A DNA stretch of 13,509 nt from assembly GCA_028697015.1 (NCBI GenBank), contig JAQVFW010000014.1, positions 1 to 13,509 on the forward strand, in the 5' to 3' direction. Positions within the stretch are counted from its first letter, which is position 1; the number at the start of each line of letters is the position of its first letter. Under the pieces are notes generated by a model. The model did no database searches. It had not been told where the DNA came from and was given only the letters and a program-made list of their open reading frames with translations. The stretch is from Minisyncoccota bacterium (GTDB lineage: Bacteria; Patescibacteriota; Minisyncoccia; Minisyncoccales; GWA2-38-27). Position numbers and translations under genes: made by a program. Shown in pieces: positions 1 through 7,302 of this stretch.

Positions 1-13
1 GCACTCTTTTTAA

Positions 14-48
14 ATAAAAAGAGACGGTATATCCCGCCTCTTTTTTAT
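14..48 (-). terminator. putative intrinsic terminator downstream of the DksA-like gene (imperfect hairpin aaaagagacgg...ccgcctctttt flanked by A/T runs on both strands)
   Basis: Inverted repeat aaaagag(acgg)tatatc(ccgc)ctctttt at about 15-46 with one mismatch in the inner stem. A T-run follows on the plus strand (ttttttat) and a T-rich stretch follows on the minus strand (tatttaaaaag). The minus-strand CDS ends at 56. Confidence 0.35.
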
Positions 49-55
49 AAAAGAA

Positions 56-418
56 TTATTTTGTGCAATCAAGACATTTTCTGGCTTCCGGAGAAGCATC
101 TAATCTTTCCTCACTTATCTTTTTATTGCATTGTTCGCAAATTCCATATTTTCCTTTCTTTATTTTATCAAGGGCTATTTTTACATCAACAAGCTTAAGC
201 TCAAGACTATGTTCAACGGGAAGAAGGTTTGCATATTCCTCAACTTCGTCCGCCGCATCTTCTACATTACCTCCCGATTGTTCAAATTTTGGATATCCCG
301 TATCCCAGTCATTTTTAACCTTTTTGTCTTTTTTGGCAAAACCTTTCAGGTCATTCTCTATTGATCTTTTTTTTTCCTCCAATTTTTCTTCTATTTCTTT
401 TAAAAAAGTATCTTTCAT
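56..418 (-). CDS. dksA: DksA/TraR family C4-type zinc-finger transcription factor (120 aa)
   Basis: C-terminal CEQC-x17-CLDC motif matches the DksA/TraR CxxC-x17-CxxC zinc finger exactly. The N-terminal two-thirds is charged and coiled-coil-like, with an acidic stretch (NVEDAADEVEE) that could correspond to the DksA coiled-coil-tip Asp motif. The length is typical of short DksA homologs. TAA stop at 56-58. Confidence 0.8.
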   Translation of the reverse strand: MKDTFLKEIEEKLEEKKRSIENDLKGFAKKDKKVKNDWDTGYPKFEQSGGNVEDAADEVEEYANLLPVEHSLELKLVDVKIALDKIKKGKYGICEQCNKKISEERLDASPEARKCLDCTK

Positions 419-487
419 ATCAAGGTATTAGAAATTCGACTCATGTTTTTGGCGAACTTCAAAATTTAAATGTTTTTTATTAATATC

Positions 488-1036
488 TTATATCCCCGGT
501 ATTTTCACTTGATTTAAAATACCCATTATTATTTCAAATAAAGGAGCATCTTTATCTTCAAGAATTAAAAACCAATAAAGGAAAAAGGCAAGCGTTAAAA
601 GAAAAACTATAGAAAGAAGAAAAATAAAAAATCTGATTAAAAACTTTTTAAAAGAAGACGGCTTTGGAGGAAGGGCGCGAGAAGAGGCAATAGGTGCATT
701 TACTGTTTTATCTTTTTCTATTTCCTTCTTAATTTCTTCTGTTGTTTCCCTTTTTTCTTCATTTCCTATTTTTCTTAAAATTTCTTCTTTATTTTTTTCT
801 TCCTCTTTCTGCCATTTTTCTGACGCCTCTTTCTTCATTTTTTCTTCTATTTCCTTTTCAAGATCAACGTTTTCTTTTTTTTCTTTATTGACATTGTTTT
901 TTACCTCTATCCCTTCTCTTATTTCTTTTGCGATTTCAGAAGAAAGATCCTCCCCGCTTATAATTCCTTCTTTAATATCGGAAGGTTTTTTTTCGGGAAT
1001 ATTTTTTTCTTTTAAGTATTCATCGTATAAAGACAT
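488..1036 (-). CDS. hypothetical K/E-rich protein with a single C-terminal transmembrane anchor (tail-anchored, 182 aa)
   Basis: ORF on the purine-rich minus strand. The N-terminal ~120 aa is a charged K/E low-complexity (coiled-coil-like) region, followed by a Pro-rich linker (ALPPKPSSFKKF) and a hydrophobic helix (LIRFFIFLLSIVFLLTLAFFLYWFLIL). The start ATG (1036..1034) is 1 nt downstream of the TAA stop of the upstream 512-aa ORF (1038-1040), in a TAAtATG arrangement. No Shine-Dalgarno sequence is visible. It could partly be an ORF-finder artefact of purine-rich sequence. Confidence 0.45.
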   Translation of the reverse strand: MSLYDEYLKEKNIPEKKPSDIKEGIISGEDLSSEIAKEIREGIEVKNNVNKEKKENVDLEKEIEEKMKKEASEKWQKEEEKNKEEILRKIGNEEKRETTEEIKKEIEKDKTVNAPIASSRALPPKPSSFKKFLIRFFIFLLSIVFLLTLAFFLYWFLILEDKDAPLFEIIMGILNQVKIPGI

Positions 1037-1037
1037 A

Positions 1038-2576
1038 TTATTTTTGTGATTTTTTTAATATAAAATTAAAGAAACCTTTATCTATCTTTGCTTTTTTAAT
1101 ATCTTCTTCCACGTTTTGGGAATTTTCCCTAATGTACTGGTAAACAATTCTTTCTCCTGCCGACTGTTCTTTTTCTTCTTCTTTATTTGAATCTTTCTTT
1201 AATTTACTGGAAATAAAATTAAAGAAACCTTTATCTATCTTTGCTTTTTTAATATCTTCTTCCACGTTTTGGGAATTTTCTCTGATGTACTGGTAAACAA
1301 GATTTTCATCTGCAGAAATCTCATTGGAAAAATCGCTTGAAACAAAACTTTCTTCTAAGATGGAATCAATTTCGCTTATTCTTCTTTTCCCTAAATTTCT
1401 CCTTTCTTCCAGCTCTCTCTTCTTTTTATTAATGTCGGAAATTTGTTCTTCTATCGCCTTAATAGCTCTTTCAGCATCCCAAGCTTTCTTTTCAATGGTT
1501 CTTCTTTTATTTTCTATTTCCCATCTTTTCTTTTCAATATCCCTTTTCTTTTGAGGATTGCTTTCGGATTTTTCTTCTTCTTCCGTTTTTTCTTTTTCCA
1601 GATTAATGTTTTTCTCTTCTTCCGATATTTTTGAAAGAAGATTAAAAAGAACTATTTTCTTTTTTTCTAAATTATACTCTTTAACATCCAGTTCTCTTTC
1701 TTGGCTGAAAATAATATCAAGATTCTTTTGAATAATTGACCTTTCTTCTTCAATTTTCGCCTTATTTTCTATCTTCTCTATCTTTTTTATTTCTTCTTTT
1801 ATCTGCTCTTCTTTGTTATCTTTTCCTATAGATAAAGAAGATTCTTCAAGACCCTTTATCTCGTTGTTTATTTTTTGGATACCTTCCTCCTCTTTCCATC
1901 TTTTCAGCTCTATTTCTTTCCTTTTTTCCTCTGTTTCCCATCTTCTTTCTTTTATAGCTTTTAAAAGATCTTTATCTTCTTCTCTTTTTTCTTCATCTTC
2001 AATTTGTCTTGCCTGATTTTCAATTTCTTTTTCTTGTTCAAGAATAACGGAAATATTTTCTTCAATTGATTCCTTTTGTAAAATAAGCTCGTTTATTTTT
2101 GCAATAACAGGCTTTTTTAAAGCTAAAATATTCTGTATTTTTTCTTCAAGTTTAATCTTTCTCTGTTTTAAGACATCTTCTTTATTTTTTCCTTTTATCT
2201 CTGCCTCTTTTTCAATTTCTCTTTCAAGATTTCTAAGTTCATTTCTTTCTCCTTCTGTTTTTTTTAGCGCTTCTTTTCTTTTTTGAAGTTCTTCCTTCTT
2301 TTTTTCCTCCTCCTCTTCCTCTATTTTTTGCCTTTCTTCTTCTTTTCTTTTTTGAAGTTCTTCCTTCTTTTTTTCAATTTCTATTTTTACCGATTCCTCT
2401 TTTTTTTCTTCCGGGGTTTTTTCAGAAAGGACCGGTTTAATTTTTCTTTCGCCTTCTGTTTTCTTTTTTAAAAATACTCCATCATCCAAAAGACCTCCTT
2501 TAGCAAGAATATCAATGTCTTTTTTCATTGTATTAATCATTGTGCTGCTTATAGGATCGTTTTGGTCTTTTTCCAT
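1038..2576 (-). CDS. hypothetical K/E-rich long coiled-coil protein (512 aa) with internally duplicated C-terminal module
   Basis: 1.5-kb uninterrupted ORF co-oriented with its neighbours. The protein is dominated by EELQKRKE-type heptad-like K/E repeats. The C-terminal region contains the 28-aa module IVYQYIRENSQNVEEDIKKAKIDKGFFNFI twice, encoded by two 86-bp DNA direct repeats that are in frame (copies 153 bp apart). The N-terminal ~40 aa (MINTMKKDIDILAKGGLLDDGVFL) is non-repetitive. No catalytic motifs were recognised. Caveat: stop codons are rare on a purine-rich strand, so ORF length alone is weak evidence. Confidence 0.5.
   Translation of the reverse strand: MEKDQNDPISSTMINTMKKDIDILAKGGLLDDGVFLKKKTEGERKIKPVLSEKTPEEKKEESVKIEIEKKKEELQKRKEEERQKIEEEEEEKKKEELQKRKEALKKTEGERNELRNLEREIEKEAEIKGKNKEDVLKQRKIKLEEKIQNILALKKPVIAKINELILQKESIEENISVILEQEKEIENQARQIEDEEKREEDKDLLKAIKERRWETEEKRKEIELKRWKEEEGIQKINNEIKGLEESSLSIGKDNKEEQIKEEIKKIEKIENKAKIEEERSIIQKNLDIIFSQERELDVKEYNLEKKKIVLFNLLSKISEEEKNINLEKEKTEEEEKSESNPQKKRDIEKKRWEIENKRRTIEKKAWDAERAIKAIEEQISDINKKKRELEERRNLGKRRISEIDSILEESFVSSDFSNEISADENLVYQYIRENSQNVEEDIKKAKIDKGFFNFISSKLKKDSNKEEEKEQSAGERIVYQYIRENSQNVEEDIKKAKIDKGFFNFILKKSQK
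1062..1300. repeat. two 86-bp direct repeats (1062-1147 and 1215-1300, 2 mismatches) inside the 3' end of the 512-aa coiled-coil ORF
   Basis: Direct comparison of aaaattaaagaaacctttatctatctttgcttttttaatatcttcttccacgttttgggaattttcc(c/t)ct(a/g)atgtactggtaaacaa at both positions. The 153-bp offset (3 x 51) preserves the reading frame. Confidence 0.9.
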
Positions 2577-2625
2577 AATCTTTTTAAAAGAAAAGTAAGT
2601 ATTCTTTTAAAAAATAACTCTTCTT

Positions 2626-4743
2626 TTATTTTTCTTTACCTTTTTTGTCCTTGTTTTCAATCAAGGCAAGATTTATTCTTCCTTGATTATCAATTGATAT
2701 GACTTTGACAGAAACGGTATCTCCTACGCTTACAACGTCCTCCACTTTATCAACTCTACGAGAAGCAAGTTTTGATATATGGATAAGCCCGTCTTGATTT
2801 GGAAGAAGATTGACAAAAGCTCCAAAATCGAGAATTCTTTCAACTTTTCCTTCAAACACTTCTCCAACTTCAACTTCTCTTACTATGTCTTTTATCATTG
2901 AAAGGGCTTTTTCTGCTAAGCTTGAATCCTCTGAAGTAATAAATACAAGTCCCGTTTGCTGGATATCTATGGAAGCTCCCGTCTTTTCAACAATCTCGTT
3001 TATGACTTTTCCTCCGGGTCCGATAACCTCTCTAATTTTCTCAGGATTTATCTCTAAAGTCAAGATTCTCGGAGCAAAAGGAGATAATTGTTCTCTTGGT
3101 GCAGGAATAGTTTTTTCCATTTTTTCTAAAATTTGAAGCCGCGCATCTTTTGCTCTCAGAAGGGCTTCCTTTAAAATCTGTCCTGTAATTCCCTTTACTT
3201 TGACATCAAGCTGAATGGCGGTTATTCCTTCTTTTGTCCCGGCAATTTTAAAATCCATATCTCCGTGATGATCTTCCGGTCCTTGAATATCTGTCAAAAC
3301 TTCATAATTTGAAGCGTCTTGTTGCATAAGTCCGATTGCAATTCCGGCTGCAGGTCTTTTAATGGGCACTCCTGCATCCATAAGGGCAAGACAGGAGCTT
3401 GATATTGAAGCCATTGAAGTTGAACCGTTTGAAGAAAGCATTTCCGAAACGATTCTTATCGTATATGGAAAATCCTCAAAAGCAGGAATAAGAGGAAATA
3501 TCGCTTTTTCAGCAAGCATCCCGTGCCCTATTTCTCTTCTTCCCGGGCCCCTCATCGGTTTTGTTTCTCCGACAGAAAAAGGAGGGAAGTTATAGTGGTG
3601 CATAAATCTTTTTTTTCCGGCTATTTCCATTCCTTCTATAAGCTGCTGGTCTCCGGGAGCTCCTAGGGTTAAAATAGAAAGTCCTTTTGTCTGTCCTCTT
3701 GAAAAGAGAGCTGAACCGTGAGTTCTCGGCAGAAGGCCGACTTCACATTTAATTTCCCTAACCTCATTCATTTTTCTTCCATCAACTCTTTTTTTGAATT
3801 TTACAGCTCCCTCATGAATCAGCAGGTCAGTTTCTTTTTCTATAAATTTTCCAATGTATTTTTCTTTTGAATCTTCTTTGTATTTTTCATTTACAAAAGA
3901 TACAAGCTCTTTTTTTATTTTTTCCACTTCTTCAGATCTTTTTTTCTTGTCATTTTGAAAAAGAGCTTCTCTAAATCGTTCTCCTAAAAATTCCCTCATT
4001 TCCTTCTCGAGAATTTCATCTTTTTGAGGCAAAGAGATTTCTTTTTTCGCCTTTCCTATTTCTTTTGCTATATTTTTTTGGAAATCAATCATTTTTTCCA
4101 AATATTCTCTTGCAAAATCAAGGGCCTTTTCCACTTCTTCTTCTTTTGCTTCATTAAGGCCTCCTTCTATCATGTTTATAAGAAGATTTCCATTTTCAAT
4201 AATTCCGGTAAAGACAATGTCAAATTGGCTTTTTTCCCTTTCTTCGTAAGTGGGATTTACAACAAAAGAGCCGTCTACCTTTCCCACTCTTATTACTCCG
4301 ACAGGACCATTCCAAGGTATGTCAGATATTGCAAGGGCTATAGAAGAAGAAAGGATACCCAAAACATCCGGATCATTTTTTCCATCCCATGAAAAAACCG
4401 TTGCCACAACCTGTATCTCAGAAGAAAGTCCTTCGTCAAAAAGAGGACGAATAGTCCTGTCTATAATACGGGCATTGCAAATTGCCTCATCAGAGGGCCT
4501 GCCTTCTCTTTTTATATATCGGGCCCCTTTTATTTTCCCGGCTGCATAATATTTTTCTTCATAATCAACCATAAGCGGGAAAAAACCCATATCTTCCCTT
4601 TCTCTGCCCATAACACAGGTTGACAAAACCAGAGTATCCCCGCAACTGACCATTATATTCCCGTTCGTCTGTTCGGCAATATTTTTATTTTCTACTTCTA
4701 TCTTCTTGCTTCCAAGATCTAAAGTAAATTTCTTATTCTCCAT
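2626..4743 (-). CDS. pnp: polynucleotide phosphorylase / polyribonucleotide nucleotidyltransferase (PNPase)
   Basis: Full PNPase architecture is readable in the translation: two RNase PH-like domains (e.g. FSVGETKPMRGPGRREIGHGMLAEKA; GSTSMASISSSCLALMDAGVPIKRPAAGIAIGL), then a KH domain (GPGGKVINEIVEKTGASIDI) and a C-terminal S1 domain (GEVFEGKVERILDFGAFVNLLPNQDGLIHISKL). The preferred start is the internal ATG at 4743 (MENKKFTLDLG...), preceded by AGGAcaaaaaaaa. The ORF-track start at 4803 adds an unlikely 20-aa basic extension. Confidence 0.95.
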   Translation of the reverse strand: MENKKFTLDLGSKKIEVENKNIAEQTNGNIMVSCGDTLVLSTCVMGREREDMGFFPLMVDYEEKYYAAGKIKGARYIKREGRPSDEAICNARIIDRTIRPLFDEGLSSEIQVVATVFSWDGKNDPDVLGILSSSIALAISDIPWNGPVGVIRVGKVDGSFVVNPTYEEREKSQFDIVFTGIIENGNLLINMIEGGLNEAKEEEVEKALDFAREYLEKMIDFQKNIAKEIGKAKKEISLPQKDEILEKEMREFLGERFREALFQNDKKKRSEEVEKIKKELVSFVNEKYKEDSKEKYIGKFIEKETDLLIHEGAVKFKKRVDGRKMNEVREIKCEVGLLPRTHGSALFSRGQTKGLSILTLGAPGDQQLIEGMEIAGKKRFMHHYNFPPFSVGETKPMRGPGRREIGHGMLAEKAIFPLIPAFEDFPYTIRIVSEMLSSNGSTSMASISSSCLALMDAGVPIKRPAAGIAIGLMQQDASNYEVLTDIQGPEDHHGDMDFKIAGTKEGITAIQLDVKVKGITGQILKEALLRAKDARLQILEKMEKTIPAPREQLSPFAPRILTLEINPEKIREVIGPGGKVINEIVEKTGASIDIQQTGLVFITSEDSSLAEKALSMIKDIVREVEVGEVFEGKVERILDFGAFVNLLPNQDGLIHISKLASRRVDKVEDVVSVGDTVSVKVISIDNQGRINLALIENKDKKGKEK

Positions 4744-4855
4744 TTTTTTTGTCCTTTTGCGAGAAACGAATGCTTTACGAATCCACCAAGTTGCATTTTG
4801 CAATTTATCTGAATTTGTAAAAAATTCGCACCCCCGCAGAAAGAACGGATTAAAA

Positions 4856-5359
4856 TTATTTGCTTAACAAAAACCTTTCCTTTTTTTCAGAAAGGTCTAT
4901 AAATTCGTCTGCCGTTTCTCTAAGTAAAGAAGAAGAAGACCTTGAAAAGGCCATTACTTCCACTCTTTTTCCCTGATTCTTTAAATATTCGACAAGAGCT
5001 ATAAAGTCCCCGTCTCCAGAGGCAAGAACAAGAACATCAACACTTGGAGCAATTCTTATAGCGTCAATTACTATTCCAACATCCCAATCCGCTTTCTTCG
5101 CTCCTCCATAAAATTCCTGCAAGTCCCTTACTCTTGTTTCTATACCTAAGTTTGTAAGAGCTTCAAAAAAGGGCTTTTCTTCTCCTGTTTTCGTTTTTAC
5201 AACGTAACCAAAAGCTCTTATTAAAGACCTCTTGCCTATTGCCGTTTTAAGTATTTCTTTAAAATTTACCCGGGATCTGTGAAGATTTTTTGCCGAATGG
5301 TAAAGGTTTTGGACATCTATTAAAACGCCTACTCTTTGTCCACTGTGCTTTATTACCAT
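4856..5359 (-). CDS. NYN-domain (LabA-like/DUF88, PIN-like) predicted ribonuclease, 167 aa
   Basis: PIN/NYN-like arrangement of conserved acidic residues: VLIDVQNL (Asp near the N-terminus), ADWDVGIVIDAI and LASGDGDF (Asp clusters) in an alpha/beta pattern of about 160 aa. It lies between rpsO and pnp on the same strand. Confidence 0.75.
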   Translation of the reverse strand: MVIKHSGQRVGVLIDVQNLYHSAKNLHRSRVNFKEILKTAIGKRSLIRAFGYVVKTKTGEEKPFFEALTNLGIETRVRDLQEFYGGAKKADWDVGIVIDAIRIAPSVDVLVLASGDGDFIALVEYLKNQGKRVEVMAFSRSSSSLLRETADEFIDLSEKKERFLLSK

Positions 5360-5398
5360 AAATTAAAATTAAATAAGACGCTCAATTAAAAGCTTCAC

Positions 5399-5665
5399 TT
5401 ATTTTTTAAGTCCAAGTTTTTCTATTGTTTTTTTGTATTCTTCTTCGTTTTTTTCTTTCAACGCCCTTAAAAACTTTCTTCTTTTTGCCACCATTTTCAA
5501 AAGCCCTCTTTTTGAATGAAAATCCTTGGGATGTTTTTTAAGATGAGAAAGAAGCTGTTTTATTTCTTCCGTTAAAAGACCGACCTGAACTTCCGTTCCT
5601 CCGGTATCAGCTTCGTGAATTCCATATTTTTTGACAATCTTTGTTTTTTCTTCTGATTTAATCAT
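5399..5665 (-). CDS. rpsO: 30S ribosomal protein S15
   Basis: 88 aa. The conserved S15 core ...GIHEADTGGTEVQVGLLTEEIKQLLSHLKKHPKDFHSKRGLLKMVAKRRKFLRAL... aligns with the canonical S15 sequence (DTGSPEVQVALLT...HLKEHKKDHHSRRGLL.MVGQRR.LL.YL). rpsO lying upstream of pnp is the classic arrangement. Confidence 0.93.
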   Translation of the reverse strand: MIKSEEKTKIVKKYGIHEADTGGTEVQVGLLTEEIKQLLSHLKKHPKDFHSKRGLLKMVAKRRKFLRALKEKNEEEYKKTIEKLGLKK

Positions 5666-5718
5666 ATTTTTATTTTTCTGAATAAATTTTATTTCTTAAA
5701 TATCTTTAAAATTATTTG

Positions 5719-5791
5719 TGCCCCCACCAGGATTCGAACCTGGAACTAATTGCTTAAGAGGCAACTACTCTGCCAATTGAGTTATAGGGGC
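5719..5791 (-). tRNA. tRNA-Lys (anticodon CTT), 73 nt, no encoded 3' CCA
   Basis: Minus-strand sequence GCCCCTA-TA-ACTC-AATTGGCA-GAGT-A-GTTGC-CTCTTAA-GCAAT-TAGTT-CCAGG-TTCGAAT-CCTGG-TGGGGGC-A folds into a canonical cloverleaf. The 7-bp acceptor stem has one G-U pair. The D-stem is ACTC/GAGT and the D-loop contains GG. The 5-bp anticodon stem carries U33, anticodon C34-T35-T36 (CTT) and A37. The T-arm is CCAGG-TTCGAAT-CCTGG. The next bases (CAAA) are not CCA. Confidence 0.85.
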
Positions 5792-5831
5792 CTGCCCTTT
5801 ACTTAATTTTGGCTTTGTTTTTTATATATCG

Positions 5832-6209
5832 TCAACAGGATATCTGCCACCAGCTTGGACTTACTCCGATTGAAGTAAGAAAAAGATTCAGAATAATCCA
5901 CCCTCCCCATATGATTATAAGGCCAATGGCAACCGTTTTAAAAATAGATCTTGCTTTTGTAAACGCTTCTCCTCCCGAATCTGTAATATATGGCATTACC
6001 ATAAACATAGCTCCTATTATAATCATAAGGACAGCAAGAGGAGCTGCAATATAATGTTGTATAAACCCAACAATATTTGCAATCATCTGAAAAAAATCAC
6101 ACAGGGTACAATTAAAAATGGTACAAGGAACAATAGGAGTATACCCACCGGCATAGGCAAAATTAAAGGAAAAAAGAAACAGAAATATTAGTAAAATTAC
6201 TTTTTTCAT
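5832..6209 (-). CDS. small secreted/membrane protein: cleavable signal peptide, then a Cys-containing segment and two transmembrane helices (topology like T4SS VirB2/TrbC pilins)
   Basis: MKKVILLIFLFLFSFNFAYA is a typical Sec signal peptide with an AxA cleavage site. The ~105-aa mature part contains a CTIFNCTLC motif, then TM1 (IAAPLAVLMIIIGAMFMVM), a short polar loop (PYITDSGGEAFTKARSIFKT) and TM2 (VAIGLIIIWGGWIILNLFLTSIGV). No Shine-Dalgarno sequence is visible. The competing plus-strand ORF 5809-6054 has no features. Confidence 0.5.
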   Translation of the reverse strand: MKKVILLIFLFLFSFNFAYAGGYTPIVPCTIFNCTLCDFFQMIANIVGFIQHYIAAPLAVLMIIIGAMFMVMPYITDSGGEAFTKARSIFKTVAIGLIIIWGGWIILNLFLTSIGVSPSWWQISC

Positions 6210-6237
6210 ATCTTAAAAAAATATAGCATAAAAAAGA

Positions 6238-6264
6238 AAAATAGGCAACTAAATTGCCTATTTT
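6238..6264 (-). terminator. intrinsic terminator (bidirectional-capable) between the M23 peptidase gene and the small membrane-protein gene
   Basis: Perfect 8-bp stem ataggcaa/ttgcctat (6241-6248 and 6254-6261) with a 5-nt loop. It can extend by aaa/ttt flanks. T-runs follow on both strands (plus: tttaaaataa; minus: tttttcttttttatg). It lies 34 nt downstream of the M23 stop at 6298. Confidence 0.5.
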
Positions 6265-6297
6265 AAAATAATTAACATTGCTTTTTTTACAGAAGAA

Positions 6298-7302
6298 TTA
6301 AAAGCGGTGTCCGACTCTATACTTTGCCAAAGGATTTGTTCCTCCTCTAACCTCAAAATGCAAATGGCATCCGGTTGCTCCGATAGTATAACCCGTATTT
6401 CCCATATATCCTATCAGTGCCCCTTGGGAAACTTTTTGATTTACTGAAACGGAAATCTTTGAAAGATGTCCATAATAGGTAACCATTCCGTTTGGATGAA
6501 GTATTCTTATATACCTTCCTCCAATGTTATGATATCCCGTAATCTGTATTGTCCCTGCTGCAGATGCATAAACAGGAGTGCCACAGCTATTTGCAATATC
6601 AACCGCATTGTACCAATGAAGACCCTGGGTAATATATCCTTTTACGGGAACAATAAACCCCGAAAAAGAAGGTTGAACAGGAGAAGCGGGTCGAATAACC
6701 GGCATTTCTCCGTTTGGAACAACTATTATATCCCCAATATAAATGCTTCCTTCGTCTGGCAATTCGTTAAAAGAAACAATATCTTCCGCTTTGGCTTTGT
6801 ATTTTTTAGCTATTTCGCTAACCGTGTCTCCTCTTTTCACTTCATGAACAACTCCGGAAACAGGAGGAATGGCTAATTTTTGTCCAGTTTTTAAAACTGA
6901 CTTACTATTTAAATTATTTGCCCAAAGAATTGTATTTACGGAAATATCAAACTTTTCGGCAATACTTGAAATCGTTTCTTCTTCTTTTATTTCATATTCA
7001 ATAATTTCTTTGCCTCTTTCTTCAAAACTTGCAAGCGTTCCAAAAGAAGAATTTGTTAGGTATATCAAAGGAGAAGAGGCAGCAGCAATACTGCTATCTT
7101 CAATAAAACTCATTTCCGCTTCTACTGTAATAAAATTCCTTGAACTTTCGACAAATAAGATATCTGAGGCTCTGGCAGTTTCTCCAAAATAAAAACTTCC
7201 CTTTGAAGAAGTTTTAGTTGCCATAAGTGCCAGAATGGCCAGCATGGCTATTATTGTAAAAAAAATCGCCTTTTTTCCTATACTCGGCTCCGTTTTCAAC
7301 AT
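6298..7302 (-). CDS. membrane-anchored LysM-LysM-M23 family peptidoglycan DD-metalloendopeptidase
   Basis: N-terminal transmembrane helix (AIFFTIIAMLAILALMA). Two LysM repeats: YEIKEEETISSIAEKFDISVNTILWANNL...GQKLAIP and HEVKRGDTVSEIAKKYKAKAEDIVSFNEL...GDIIVVP. C-terminal M23 (LytM-like) domain with HxxxD (HWYNAVD) and HxH (GCHLHFEV), plus GYMGNTGYTIGATG. The start was moved to the in-frame ATG at 7302, which is preceded by GGAGaaat. The ORF-track start at 7338 is a TTG codon. Confidence 0.85.
   Translation of the reverse strand: MLKTEPSIGKKAIFFTIIAMLAILALMATKTSSKGSFYFGETARASDILFVESSRNFITVEAEMSFIEDSSIAAASSPLIYLTNSSFGTLASFEERGKEIIEYEIKEEETISSIAEKFDISVNTILWANNLNSKSVLKTGQKLAIPPVSGVVHEVKRGDTVSEIAKKYKAKAEDIVSFNELPDEGSIYIGDIIVVPNGEMPVIRPASPVQPSFSGFIVPVKGYITQGLHWYNAVDIANSCGTPVYASAAGTIQITGYHNIGGRYIRILHPNGMVTYYGHLSKISVSVNQKVSQGALIGYMGNTGYTIGATGCHLHFEVRGGTNPLAKYRVGHRF

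Noticed and set aside
63-2471. Plus-strand F/L/S-rich ORFs (63-431, 131-364, 1324-1554, 1443-1634, 1813-2016, 2283-2471)
   Set aside because: They lie on the pyrimidine-rich antisense strand of the DksA-like and K/E-rich genes. Their low-complexity poly-F/L/S translations are typical antisense artefacts with no motifs. All neighbouring confirmed genes are on the minus strand.
2810-4549. Plus-strand ORFs 2810-3136, 3362-3595, 4024-4392, 4250-4549
   Set aside because: They are entirely nested antisense within pnp, whose translation shows the complete, unmistakable PNPase domain set.
4744-4803. 20-aa N-terminal extension of PNPase (MQNATWWIRKAFVSRKRTKK) from the ORF-track start
   Set aside because: The conserved PNPase N-terminus begins at the internal Met (MENKKFTLDLG...), which has an AGGA purine-rich site upstream. 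The extension is basic, non-homologous and would leave no room for a ribosome-binding site.
5809-6054. Plus-strand ORF (81 aa) overlapping the small membrane-protein gene
   Set aside because: It has no recognisable features. The minus-strand frame encodes a canonical signal peptide plus two TM helices, which is far less likely to arise by chance.
6466-7192. Plus-strand ORFs 6466-6876 and 6869-7192
   Set aside because: They are antisense to the LysM-M23 peptidase gene, which has clear domain motifs (HxxxD, HxH).
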